Positions 51,239 through 60,942 are shown, counted from the stretch's first letter. The stretch: 64,000 nucleotides of DNA from an uncultured Chloroflexia bacterium (GCA_963765765.1 CAVXYC010000023.1:384001-448000), one strand, 5' to 3'. Notes: generated by a model from the sequence alone, not told the origin. Numbers and translations: made by a program.

Positions 51239-51319
51239 TGTCATCCTGAGTGCAGCGAAGGATCTTCCCCACCGTAATCGATCACGGTGGGAAGATCCTT
51301 CGCTGCACTCAGGATGACA
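51239..51319. repeat. Long near-perfect inverted repeat element
   Basis: TGTCATCCTGAGTGCAGCGAAGGATCTTCCC...GGGAAGATCCTTCGCTGCACTCAGGATGACA (31-bp arms). Confidence 0.95.
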
Positions 51320-51412
51320 ACTTCCGAAATCGCGGTCCGCCATGGCGAATCGCTTCGACCGAACACTTGGCGCGCCTCTTGACGCGCTTGATTTCATAGG
51401 GGACGTGAGACG

Positions 51413-52405
51413 ATGAAGACTCTTGTCATTGGCCTGACGGATCGATTGGAGCGGGCAAACCTGCCGGTACCGGCCGGGTTGGAGCTGCAATACGCGGAGA
51501 TGCTCTCTGCGGATGAGCTCGCGCCACAGCTTGGTTGGGCAGAGGCAATCTTTACGAATCCGCGCGTGACCATTGACGACAATTTCTTGAGCAAAGCACC
51601 GAACCTCAAGTTCATTCAGCTTTCCAGCGCCGGCTTCGAGCGGATCGACGTCGATGCCATTCAACGACGCGGCGTCATCGTCGCCAACTCGTCCGGCCAG
51701 AACGCCGACGCCGTGGCGGAGTGGACGCTGATGTGCATGCTGGCGCTTCAGCGTGAGCTGCTCCCCAGCCATCGCGCGCTCAGCGATGGCAAATACGTCG
51801 CGTTCAAGGACGATCAGATGGCGCGCGGCCTGCCCGAGCTGGGCGGCAAGACGCTGGGCATCATCGGGCTGGGGAACGTCGGCAAGCGGGTGGCTCGTCG
51901 TGCCAAGGCGTTCAACACCGAGACGATTTACTACGACATCGTTCGTCCCTCTGCCGAAGAAGAGAAGGAGCTCGGCGTCACCTACTGTGACACAATGGAT
52001 GAGGTGCTGCGCCGAGCAGACATCCTGACCGTGCACGTGCCGTGGACGCAGGAGACCTTCCACCTGGTGGGTGAGGAGGAGCTGAGCATGCTCAAACCTG
52101 GAGCGCTGGTTATCAACGCCGCGCGCGGCCCGCTGGTGGACCCAGTGCCGCTGGCCAAAATGCTCAGAGAGGAGCGACTTGCCGGCGCCGCCCTGGACGT
52201 CTTCGAGACGGAGCCCGCTCCCGACGCGGACCCGATCATTCAGCTCGCCGCCAGCGGCTTCGCCAATTTGCTGGTCACCCCGCACATGGCCGGCGTCACC
52301 CGAGAAGCGCAGCTCAACACGCTGAGCCATTCATTAGAAAACCTCGCTCGCGTCGCGCGCGGCGAGCAGCCCACCACTATTTGCATCGGCCCGAAGGGCC
52401 AGTGA
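51413..52405 (+). CDS. D-isomer-specific 2-hydroxyacid dehydrogenase, tandem paralog
   Basis: GIIGLGNVG, NAARG, TPHMAG; shares YCDTMDEVLRRADILTVH with the upstream copy. Confidence 0.95.
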   Translation: MKTLVIGLTDRLERANLPVPAGLELQYAEMLSADELAPQLGWAEAIFTNPRVTIDDNFLSKAPNLKFIQLSSAGFERIDVDAIQRRGVIVANSSGQNADAVAEWTLMCMLALQRELLPSHRALSDGKYVAFKDDQMARGLPELGGKTLGIIGLGNVGKRVARRAKAFNTETIYYDIVRPSAEEEKELGVTYCDTMDEVLRRADILTVHVPWTQETFHLVGEEELSMLKPGALVINAARGPLVDPVPLAKMLREERLAGAALDVFETEPAPDADPIIQLAASGFANLLVTPHMAGVTREAQLNTLSHSLENLARVARGEQPTTICIGPKGQ

Positions 52406-52470
52406 AGAGTGAAAAGTTAAGAGTGAAGAATTGGATCCCACTCTTAACTCTTCACTCATAACTCTTAACT
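52401..52470. repeat. Inverted arrays of heptamer tandem repeats (GAGTGAA-type)
   Basis: AGTGAA GAGTGAA AAGTTAA GAGTGAA ... CTCTTAA CTCTTCA CTCATAA CTCTTAA; includes the upstream stop codon. Confidence 0.85.
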
Positions 52471-52486
52471 GATCCGGAGGATCACC

Positions 52487-54129
52487 ATGAAAGTCGCCGC
52501 GGCAATCGCCGAGATTTTGAAGCTCGAGGGGATCGATACGATCTGCGGATACCCCGTGAACGGCGTGTTGGAAGCTGGCGCGGCGGCGGGCATCCGGCCG
52601 GTCATCGTGCGTCAGGAGCGCACCGGTCTGCACATGGCGGACGCTATGAGCCGCCAGAGCAGCGGCGAAAAAGTCGGCATCTTCTGCATGCAGTACGGCC
52701 CAGGCACTGAGAACGCCTTTGGTGGCGTGGCCCAGGCGTACAGCGAGGCCGTGCCGACTGGTAGTCATCCCCGGCGGGTATCCGCGCGGACAGGCCAATG
52801 TGCGCCCCAGCTTCAGCGCCGTGCTGAATTTCCAGCACGTGACCAAGTCGGTCGAGACGCTCACCAGCACGGAGCAGCTCGTTCCGATGATGCGGCGAGC
52901 GTTCACTCAGGCCAAGAACGGCCGACCCGGGACCACCATGGTCGAGATCCCGCAGGACATGTGGACCGAAGACGTGCCGGAGCCGCTCAACTACATCCCC
53001 ACGCGGAAGATCCGCACCGCGCCCGATCCTGACGACGTGCGACGCGCCGCCGAAGCCCTGGTGGCCGCGCAGCGACCCGTCCTGTACGCGGGTCAGGGTG
53101 TCCACTATTCCAAGGCCTGGGCCGCGTTCAAAGAGCTCGCCGAGCTGCTGGAAGCACCCGTGACCACCAGCCTGGAAGGCAAGAGCGCCTTCCCTGAGAA
53201 CCATCCGCTGTATCTGGGCGCGGGCGGTCGAGCGCATCCGGGGCCGGTCCATCGCTTCCTGGCTGATGCGGACATTATCTGCGGTATCGGCGCCAGCTAC
53301 GGCGCCACGTCATTCGGCGTGCAGATTCCGCGTCGGCAAGACGCTCATCCAGAACACCATCGATCCGATGGACATCAACAAGAATCACCCGACGGCGTTC
53401 CCGCTGGTGGGCGATGCCAGGCTCACTCTCGAAGCGCTCGTCGCGGAAGTGCGGGACCGCCTGGGTGACAAGCCGCGCGGTCGAGCCAATGAGATCGCGG
53501 CAAGCATCAAGTCCATGCGCGCCTCGTGGCTCGAAGCATGGATGCCCAAGCTAACCGATGCGTCCACTCCCATCTCACCGTACCGCGTGCTCTGGGATCT
53601 GCTGCACACCGTGGACGTGCCAAACACCATGCTCACGCACGATGCCGGCAGCCCGCGCGATCAAATCAGCCCGTTCTGGGAAGCGATAACGCCAAACAGC
53701 TACATCGGCTGGGGCAAGAGCACCCAGCTCGGCTACGGCCTGGGCCTGGCCATGGGCGCCAAGCTGGCGAATCCCGACAAGCTGTGCATGAACTTCTGGG
53801 GCGACGCCGCGATCGGCTTCACCGGCATGGACTTCGAAACGACTGTACGTGAGCGTATCCCAATCATGTCAGTGCTCTCCAACAACTTCAGCATGGCCAT
53901 CGAGCTCCCCGTGATGCCCGTCTCCACCGAGAGCTACCGCGCCACCGACATCAGCGGCAACTACGCCGAGTTCGCCAAAGCCCTCGGCGGCTACGGCGAG
54001 CGCGTCACCGATCCCAACGAGATCGTCCCCGCCATCAAGCGCGGCATCGAGAAGACCCAGGAAGGGACCCCCGTGCTGCTGGAGTTCATTACCCAGAAGG
54101 AGACGAAGACCTCGGTGTTCTCCAGCTAG
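52487..54129 (+). CDS. Thiamine-diphosphate-dependent enzyme (two frameshifts)
   Basis: VRQERTG.HMADA, QYGPG, HDAGSPRDQ, GDAAIGFTGMD...NN; pieces 52487.., 52719.., 53266... Confidence 0.9.
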
Positions 54130-54242
54130 TTGCGAACGAATTGACGCCGCTGTTGAAGAGCGGCAGTCGCGAACGGAATCACGCCGCTGATCACAGCTAG
54201 TTGCGACTAATCGACGCCGCTGTTCAACAGCGGCGTCAATTC
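54123..54242. repeat. Compound palindromic element
   Basis: Perfect 20-bp inverted repeat GAATTGACGCCGCTGTTGAA (54138-54157)/TTCAACAGCGGCGTCAATTC (54223-54242); internal direct repeat CAGCTAGTTGCGA (54123, 54194); each arm is part of a self-complementary unit. Confidence 0.9.
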
Positions 54243-54245
54243 AAC

Positions 54246-54270
54246 TTGCAGCAATGCCAGAGTGCCGCTC
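54246..54270 (+). repeat. 25-bp direct repeat, copy 1
   Basis: TTGCAGCAATGCCAGAGTGCCGCTC; one mismatch to 54782..54806. Confidence 0.9.
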
Positions 54271-54509
54271 AGGTGGGGAGGGACATGAGGGTGATGGACA
54301 TGGCTATCTGGCATGAAGAACATGGCGGATCTATGGGAGACATGGTGAAAAGCTTGTCGCAGTTGAATAAGGCTGAAGTGTTCGTGGCGCTCGCGTATTA
54401 CTGGGAATATAGTGAAGAGCTTGAAGTCAAGGAAGACACAGGCGAAGCTAAGGACAGAGAGATAAAGTTTGGGCTTATGGAGATGTTAACTTTTAGATCA
54501 CTTGGCTGA
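54271..54509 (+). pseudogene. 5'-truncated, heavily substituted DUF433-type antitoxin
   Basis: MRVMDMAIWHE...QLNKAEVFVALAYYWEYSEE resembles the DUF433 pattern (IRVMDI..W...PQL..ADV.AALAYY.DHREE). Confidence 0.8.
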
Positions 54510-54781
54510 AGTCAGATTTCAACTCGAAGAGCATATTGATTCAGCAATAGAGTCAGGGTTGATCAGTCGGGGATTCAGGCTGAGACAACAGCGGCTCTGG
54601 GTCTCTGCGGGGACAGAGAAGAGACACAATTGGAGGCAGCTTTTGAAGGAGGTAGAGTGGTAGTCACTTTAGATTTAGATTTACACCACTTGCATCACGC
54701 GGGAGCGCAGCATATCGGAATTGTTTAACTGCCTCGACCTAACCGCAGGATCGGGCGAGTCATTGAGTGTCTGCTGATGAT
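54502..54781 (+). pseudogene. 3'-truncated, heavily substituted DUF5615 PIN-like toxin
   Basis: By hand: (M)AEVRFQLEEHIDSAIESGLISR/GIQAETTAALGLCGDREETQLEAAFEGGRVVVTLDLDL..LH.AGAQHIGIV*; frameshift at G-run near 54570, TAA at 54726. Confidence 0.8.
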
Positions 54782-54806
54782 TTGCAGCTATGCCAGAGTG
54801 CCGCTC
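54782..54806 (+). repeat. 25-bp direct repeat, copy 2
   Basis: TTGCAGCTATGCCAGAGTGCCGCTC. Confidence 0.9.
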
Positions 54807-54826
54807 GGCCTCGGGCCGCGAGATCT

Positions 54827-55395
54827 ATGCCTCAACCGCGGGATTGGCACGGGATGTGGGAGATGTCCGCACGGCTCTTGAGAGAGCGGACAGGCGAAGA
54901 CGTGGACGCCTGGAATCGGCGCGTGAAGGAGCACGACCCGGTCGATGAGGCAGCTCTCCGCGCGTGGCTGAATGAGCAGGGTGTCTCGGGCTACCCCCAG
55001 TCACTCCTGGTGATGGAGCGACTTCGGGTATCCGGATTTCCTGACTGCCTCGGCCGACGAGCTGATCGATGGCCAGTACAAAGATCGAGAGCAGCTTCGG
55101 CCGATTTTCGATGCGATTGTCACCGCGGCGGCATCGCTAGAAGGCGTCGAGGTGCAGGCGCGCAAGACCTACGTCTCGTTGATCACGCCGCGGCGCACGT
55201 TCGCTCGCGTTCAGGCCACCACGCGCAATCGCCTGGATCTTGGGCTGCGGCTGGAGAAGGACTCACCAGGCGGCCGCCTCACGCCCTCCAGGATCCACCC
55301 GACGATGCCGCTTCAAATCAGCTTCAGTAGTCTCGAGGAGCTGGACGACGAAGCGCTCGAGTCGGCTGCAGAAGGCGTACAGCGAGAATCTCTAG
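54827..55395 (+). CDS. DUF5655-type protein (frameshifted)
   Basis: LRERTGEDVDAW...AWLNEQGVSGY; RKTYVSLITPRRTFARVQATTRNRLDLGLRL; ends LQKAYSENL*. Confidence 0.75.
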
Positions 55396-55724
55396 GGCAA
55401 CGTTCCAAACACAATATTCGCGAACGCGGCTCTCAGCCACCTTCTTTACTTCTCATGCTTCAGACCTCTTTATGGACACATTGCGGCAGACTGCATTCCG
55501 GATTACCCCACTAATCCGTGTCAGCCCGAGACGCTCCAGGCGCCAACACTCCAGGCGCCTGGGGCCCACTCCGATGAACACTGATGCGGCTGGATTTCCA
55601 GAGCACTTCTTACTGGGTAGTGGCGTGTTCATGGGAGGGGCGAGGGATCGCATCCGACATCCGGGAGCTCTAGTGTCGGAAGCCGGTCGCACCATCGCGA
55701 TGTCGGAAGGCTCCGATGTCCGGT

Positions 55725-55750
55725 GAGATCCCTCGTCCCTCGGGATGACA
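55725..55750 (+). repeat. Diverged half-copy of the 51239..51319 element
   Basis: GAGATCCCTCGTCCCTCGGGATGACA resembles the right arm AGATCCTTCG...CTCAGGATGACA. Confidence 0.6.
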
Positions 55751-55900
55751 GGGAAACTGGTGGCGCGCTTCGTCACGGGTGTTCATCGTGCGGTGGGTGC
55801 GGTGGCCCAAGGAATACTTCTGCAGGACAAGGAGATAGGCTCTCCGTGTGAAATTCCTGACACGATCTGCCAGGAGTTTGTGGCAAGCTGAAGGCGAGCC

Positions 55901-57056
55901 ATGCCCGACGTCATTCGCGTTTCCCGAGAACAAGCGCTTGCGTTCAGACTCTCAGGCCACCATCTGGCGAAGCGAGAGCCACTGGAATCGCTGGAGAAGG
56001 TCGCGGCCGCATGCGGCGTACGAAACACTCCGCCAGGCTCGGCGGCGCTGGGGCTGCTGGCCCGGTTGGATGGGCTGACGCCGGAGGATTTCGATGCGGC
56101 GCTCGACGCGAAGGGCGAGCTTGTCGAAGTGCTGAGCGTGCGTATCTCTCCGTTGCTGGCTCCCAGGCGTGACGTCGACGTTTTCACGACCGGTGCGTTG
56201 CCGCGCACGGATGCCTCGCTCGAATCGTCGCTGGTGAATTTCAAGGCGGCGCTGAAGGATGCCATGGTCACACCCGCTGAAGGGCTCGAGTTAGCTGTCT
56301 CGGCAGCAAACGATGCTCTGGCAGACGGCGGACTCACACGAGGAGAGCTGAGCGCGGCGATCACCCAGAAGCTACCCGAGCCGCTCACGGCGTGGTGTCC
56401 GGGCTGTAAGGTTCACCATGTGCCAGAGACGCTCTTCCGCCTTGTGGGCGTTCACGGTGCGTTCGTGATCTCCCGCCAGGGCAAACAGTCCACCTACGTG
56501 CGCGCCGATCGGGTGCTCGGGAAGCGACGGAAGTCAAACGCCACGAAAGTACGCGCCGAGCTGCTGCGTCGATACATGCGCTGCTTCGGACCGAGCACCG
56601 CGGCGGATTTTGGCGCGTGGGTGGGTATCCCCGCATCGGAAGCGAAGGAGGACTGGGACCGGCTTGCCGATGATCTTGTGGAGGTGGACCTGAACGGACG
56701 CCAGGCCTGGATTCTCACGGATGATGCGAAGATTCTGAGTCGATCCGCCGTCGGCAGAAGGTGTCCGACTCCTGCCTCCATACGATGCGTACCTGGACCA
56801 GCGAGACCGTACTACGCTGATTCCCGATAAGTCGCTCCAACGCCGGGTCTGGCGAGCCATCGGCAATCCAGGCGTTGTCCTGCGCGGCGGCGTGGCTGTT
56901 GGCACATGGCGGACCCAGAAGAAGGGCAAGCGGCTCGCCCTGACGGTGGAACCGTTCGCCGAGCTCTCTGCACGGGCCAGGCGTGAGATCGCGGACGAGG
57001 CGGAGCTGCTCGGGCCGTTTCGCGAGTGCACCCAAGTTGAGACGGCTTTCCAATGA
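55901..57056 (+). CDS. AlkZ/YcaQ-like (HTH_42) winged-helix protein (frameshift near 56750)
   Basis: EQALAFRLSGHHL, LLRRYMRCFGPST.ADFGAWVG, RLLPPYDAYL, NPGVVL...VGTWR. Confidence 0.85.
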
Positions 57057-58171
57057 GCCCGGCGGTCCTGAAACCGGGTGACACGCTAACCGTCGCCCAA
57101 CTCAATAGGGCCTTACTCGCTCGACAACATCTGCTGATGCGTAGCCAATTGACGGCGGCCGAGATGATCGAGCATCTGGCTGGCATGCAGGCCCAGGTGC
57201 CCAACTCGCCGTACGTCGGCTTGTGGTCGCGCATCGAGCAATTCAAGGCGTCTGAGCTGGCGGACATGGTGAGGCAGCGCCAGGCCGTGAGGCTGTCGCT
57301 CATGCGCCAGACGTTGCATCTGGTCACCGCGCGGGATTGTCTCTGGATGCGGCCCGTGATGCAGGCCACGCTGCATCATGGACTCTTCGTGGGCAGCGTG
57401 TTTCGACAGGGCCTTGTTAACGTCGATATCGATGAGGTCGTCCAGCTTGGCCGATCGCTCGTCGAAGAGCGGCCTCTTACGATGACCGAAGTGCGCGCCG
57501 TGTTTAAGGAACGCTGGCCTGAGCGCAATGCCGAGTCGCTCGCGGCGGCGGTGTACTACCTGCTGCCGATGATCCAGGTGCCGCCCCGCGGGGTGTGGGG
57601 GCAAGGCGGACTGCCCCGCTGCACCACAGCGGAATGCTGGCTTGGCCAACCGCTCTCCCAGGAGACCGAGCCGGACCCTCTTATCTTGCGCTATCTGGCG
57701 GCGTTCGGCCCCGCGACAGTGGCCGACGTTCAAGCCTGGTCCGGGCTGCGCACCCTCAGCGAGCCGATCAATCGGCTTCGCCCGCTGCTGGTGACCTTCA
57801 AAGACGAGCGAGGACGGGAGTTGTTCGATATTCCGGATGGACCGCGACCGGACTCCAGCGTCGCGGCGCCTGTACGCTTTCTGCCAGAGTACGACAATCT
57901 TCTCCTGGCGTACGCGGACCGCTCACGCGTCATACCGGAACACTTCCGCAGGATCATCTCGACGAGTCTGGGTCGTCCGACATTTCTGATGGATGGATTC
58001 GTCGCGGGGTTCTGGAATGTCTCTAAGGGCAAGCAGAACGCCACTCTCCAGATCGAGTCGTTGGACAAGCTTTCGAAGCGACACCAGGCGCAGCTCGATC
58101 GAGAGGGAAAAAGACTGCTTACGTTTATCGCACCCGATGCTGCTAAGCAAACCGTTTTGTTCAATATATAA
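57053..58171 (+). CDS. AlkZ family DNA glycosylase (HTH_42)
   Basis: LNRALLARQHLL, GMQAQ (QxQ), MRQTLHLV, RYLAAFGPATVAD..AWSG, FLPEYDNLLL. Confidence 0.9.
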   Translation: MSPAVLKPGDTLTVAQLNRALLARQHLLMRSQLTAAEMIEHLAGMQAQVPNSPYVGLWSRIEQFKASELADMVRQRQAVRLSLMRQTLHLVTARDCLWMRPVMQATLHHGLFVGSVFRQGLVNVDIDEVVQLGRSLVEERPLTMTEVRAVFKERWPERNAESLAAAVYYLLPMIQVPPRGVWGQGGLPRCTTAECWLGQPLSQETEPDPLILRYLAAFGPATVADVQAWSGLRTLSEPINRLRPLLVTFKDERGRELFDIPDGPRPDSSVAAPVRFLPEYDNLLLAYADRSRVIPEHFRRIISTSLGRPTFLMDGFVAGFWNVSKGKQNATLQIESLDKLSKRHQAQLDREGKRLLTFIAPDAAKQTVLFNI

Positions 58172-58320
58172 GAACAAAATCGCTTGGCTCGGACGCTTCC
58201 CTTCACGACTGAGCCCGCGCGGACGTACAGTGCTAGCACTAGCACCAAGCACGCAGGGGGCGATCGTACTCACGCGTCAGCTGTGGTTGCTCTAGCCTGG
58301 AAACCTCAGGAGGACCCGAC

Positions 58321-59636
58321 ATGTTGAGTCGAGAAGACAACGAGCTGCTGTGCCGCACCGGCCCCGGAACACCCATGGGCGAGCTGTTCCGCCGCTTCTG
58401 GCTGCCGGCCATGCTGGCCAGCGACCTGCCCGGCCCCGATTCTGAGCCCTGGCGCCTGCAGATCCTCGGCGAGCGGCTCGTCGCCTTTCGCGACACCAAC
58501 GGCGAAGGTCGGCATCCTGGATCGGCACTGCCCGCATCGGCTGGCCGACCTGTGGTTCGGCCGGAACGAGGAGAGCGGGCTGACTTGCGCCTACCACGGC
58601 TGGAAGTTCGACGTCGAGGGCAACACGGTCAGCATGCCGACCGAACCGGCCGACAGCGACTTCAAGGAGCGCTTGAAGATCAAGAACTATCCGGCCAAGG
58701 AGTTCGGCGGGGTGGTGTGGGTCTACATGGGGCCCAAGGAGCTGGAGCCGGAGCTCCCGCAGTTCGAGTGGGCGCGAATTGCCGACGACCAGCGGTGCAT
58801 TCGGAGCTGGATGCAGGAATCGAACTATATGCAGGCGGCCGAGGGCGAGATCGACTCGGCTCACGTGAGCTTCAACCACCGCTGGTTCAATCCCGATGAC
58901 CAGCCGGCCGGCGCTCCGCCAGACGAACCGTACCAATACCAAAGGCACGGTGGTGAACTGGCAGGATGGCGCTCCGCGTCTCACTGTCAAGGAGACTGAC
59001 TACGGGATGATGTACGGCTCTCGCCGCCAGACTGGTGACAATGAGTATTACTGGCGCTGCACGCAGTTCATGCTTCCGTTCTACAGTCTTATCCCCCAGC
59101 CAAAGTATCCCCGCGGCGGCCGCTGTTGGGTGCCGATGGACGACGAGCACTGCACTGTGTTCCAGTACAACCATCATCCCGATCGAGCGATGACGGAGCA
59201 GGAGCGCTTTCGGGCCAGCTCCAGTCCGGAGGGGCTCACCAAGCAGGTCTACAAGCTGCCCGGGGACCGCACGCTGATCGATTGCTGGCGCCCGCGCCGT
59301 ATCCGCGACAACGATTACTTGATCGATCGCGAGATGCAGCGCACCCAGAACTTCACCGGCATTGCCTCAGGTCGAGAGCAGGACATGGCGATGACGGATG
59401 GGATGGGCTTCATTCCGGAGCGCTGGCGGGAGCACCTCGGGACTACCGATGTCGCAATCATCGCCGCGCGTAGGATTCTTCTGAAGGCTGCGCGCGACCT
59501 TCAGAACGGCATCGAGCCATACGCGCCACACCATGGCGACCTCTATCATATTCGTCCGATCGACGTGATCAGCGAAGACGATGAGTTCGATGCGCTGCTG
59601 GAGCGGCACGGAGATATGGCAGCGGCGCGCATCTAG
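58321..59636 (+). CDS. Rieske non-heme iron oxygenase, paralog of 16415..17706 (two frameshifts)
   Basis: GPGTPMGELFRRFW, HCPHR...CAYHGW, NYMQAAEGEIDSAHVSFNH, EQDMAMTDGMG. Confidence 0.9.
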
Positions 59637-59638
59637 AA

Positions 59639-59729
59639 TAGTTACAAATGCAAAATGCAAAGTGGCGGCCGCGAGAATCCACGCTATTTGTGGTTCCCAC
59701 TTTTAACTTTGCACTTTGACTTTTGAACT
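59639..59729. repeat. Inverted arrays of heptamer tandem repeats (AAATGCA-type)
   Basis: TAGTTAC AAATGCA AAATGCA AAGTGG ... CCAC TTTTAAC TTTGCAC TTTGAC TTTTGAAC; fills the gap between convergent genes. Confidence 0.75.
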
Positions 59730-59732
59730 CGC

Positions 59733-60264
59733 TTAGATCAGTCCCGCGATCGCAAGCAGTGCTCCCACCGCCATGACCGGTACTGGATGGATGTTGCCGA
59801 AGCGCATGAAGACGACCAGGCTGATGCCGGTCACGAGCAGTGCTGGCGGCCGATGCGTTCGCGCCGGTGGCGACGATAAATCCGCTGGCCACCATGAGCC
59901 CCACGGCAATTGGCGCGAGTCCGCGCTGAATACGCATCAGCCAAGGCTTGACTGAGTCGCGCCGGCCCAGGCGATAGGCCGCGTACGCCAGGATGGACGA
60001 CGGCAGCACCACGGCAACGGCCGCCACCACCGCGCCCACCCAGCCGGCTACTCGCCAGCCGATCAGGCTCACAACCATTGCGTTCGGTCCTGGCGACATC
60101 TGGGCGATGGCGTATACGGCGGCGAATTCCTCATTCGTTAGCCAGCCGTGTCCACCCACGGTCTGACGATTCAGCTCTGGAATGATCGTGTTGGCGCCGC
60201 CCACGGCAACCAGCGAGAGCGGTGCGATAATGAGGACGAGCTGTAGCAGGACGGACGTGTTCAT
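59733..60264 (-). CDS. Short-chain chromate transporter (ChrA-like), second subunit (3' frameshift)
   Basis: SLVAVGGA, AIAQMSPGPN, IGWRVAG, GLAPIAVGL. Confidence 0.85.
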
Positions 60265-60831
60265 CTCGGCTCCATCTTCCAGGCGACGGCCATGCTGAGC
60301 GGACCCAACACCAGCAGCACTGGAATGAGCGGCAGCCGCGCGATACCAACGCTGATGAACGCCAGCACGGCCATGCCGATGGCCCAGTACTCATGGCGGA
60401 ACGGCTTGATGAGCTTGAGCCCGTTTGTCAGCATGAACCCTGCAACCACTGCCGCGGCGCCACGCAAGCCCGGTACGCACAAGGTCCAGCTCAGCACCAC
60501 GATCGTAGAGGGCCCCGAGGATCATCATGATGATCACCGGCGGGCCACAGAACCCAAGTATCGCTACGATTGAGCCGATCGGCCCGTGTGTCATGGCACC
60601 GATCCAGACGGTCATGTTGATGATGTTGCCGCCGGGCAGCACCTGGCACACGCCCAGCATCTCCCCGAATTCGCGATCGGTGAGCCACCTGCGCTTGTCG
60701 ACCAGCACGCGGCGAGCCCACGCCAGCGCCCCACCAAAGCTCGAGAGCGTGATCTCGAGATACGTAAGAAATAGATCGATCAGTCGGACCCCCGCCAGGC
60801 CCGTGTGCGGCACCGTACCCTCGGCCATCAT
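60261..60831 (-). CDS. Short-chain chromate transporter (ChrA-like), first subunit (frameshift near 60480)
   Basis: SSFGGAL, VDKRRWL, CQVLPGGN; ATGA overlap with the partner. Confidence 0.85.
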
Positions 60832-60942
60832 CCCTCCAGCCGATGGGGATTGTAACGGTGACGCGCTCCAGACGATTGCGGATCGACCATGATTGGTCTA
60901 CGCTCCATCGTGCAGTCCACTCGCGCCAGAAGGGGAGAGGTC

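Noticed and set aside
54201-54509. 102-aa ORF as an intact gene
   Set aside because: Its N-terminus is translated palindrome and repeat DNA; only the distal part is DUF433-like.
54123-54806. CRISPR array
   Set aside because: Only two 25-bp repeats 511 bp apart, no regular repeat-spacer period and no cas genes in the window.
3800-60831. Frameshifts in about 17 genes as programmed frameshifting or mass pseudogenisation
   Set aside because: They hit unrelated enzymes at scattered positions, some in homopolymer runs, without accumulated in-frame stops. Long-read consensus error is the simpler explanation; polishing would settle it.
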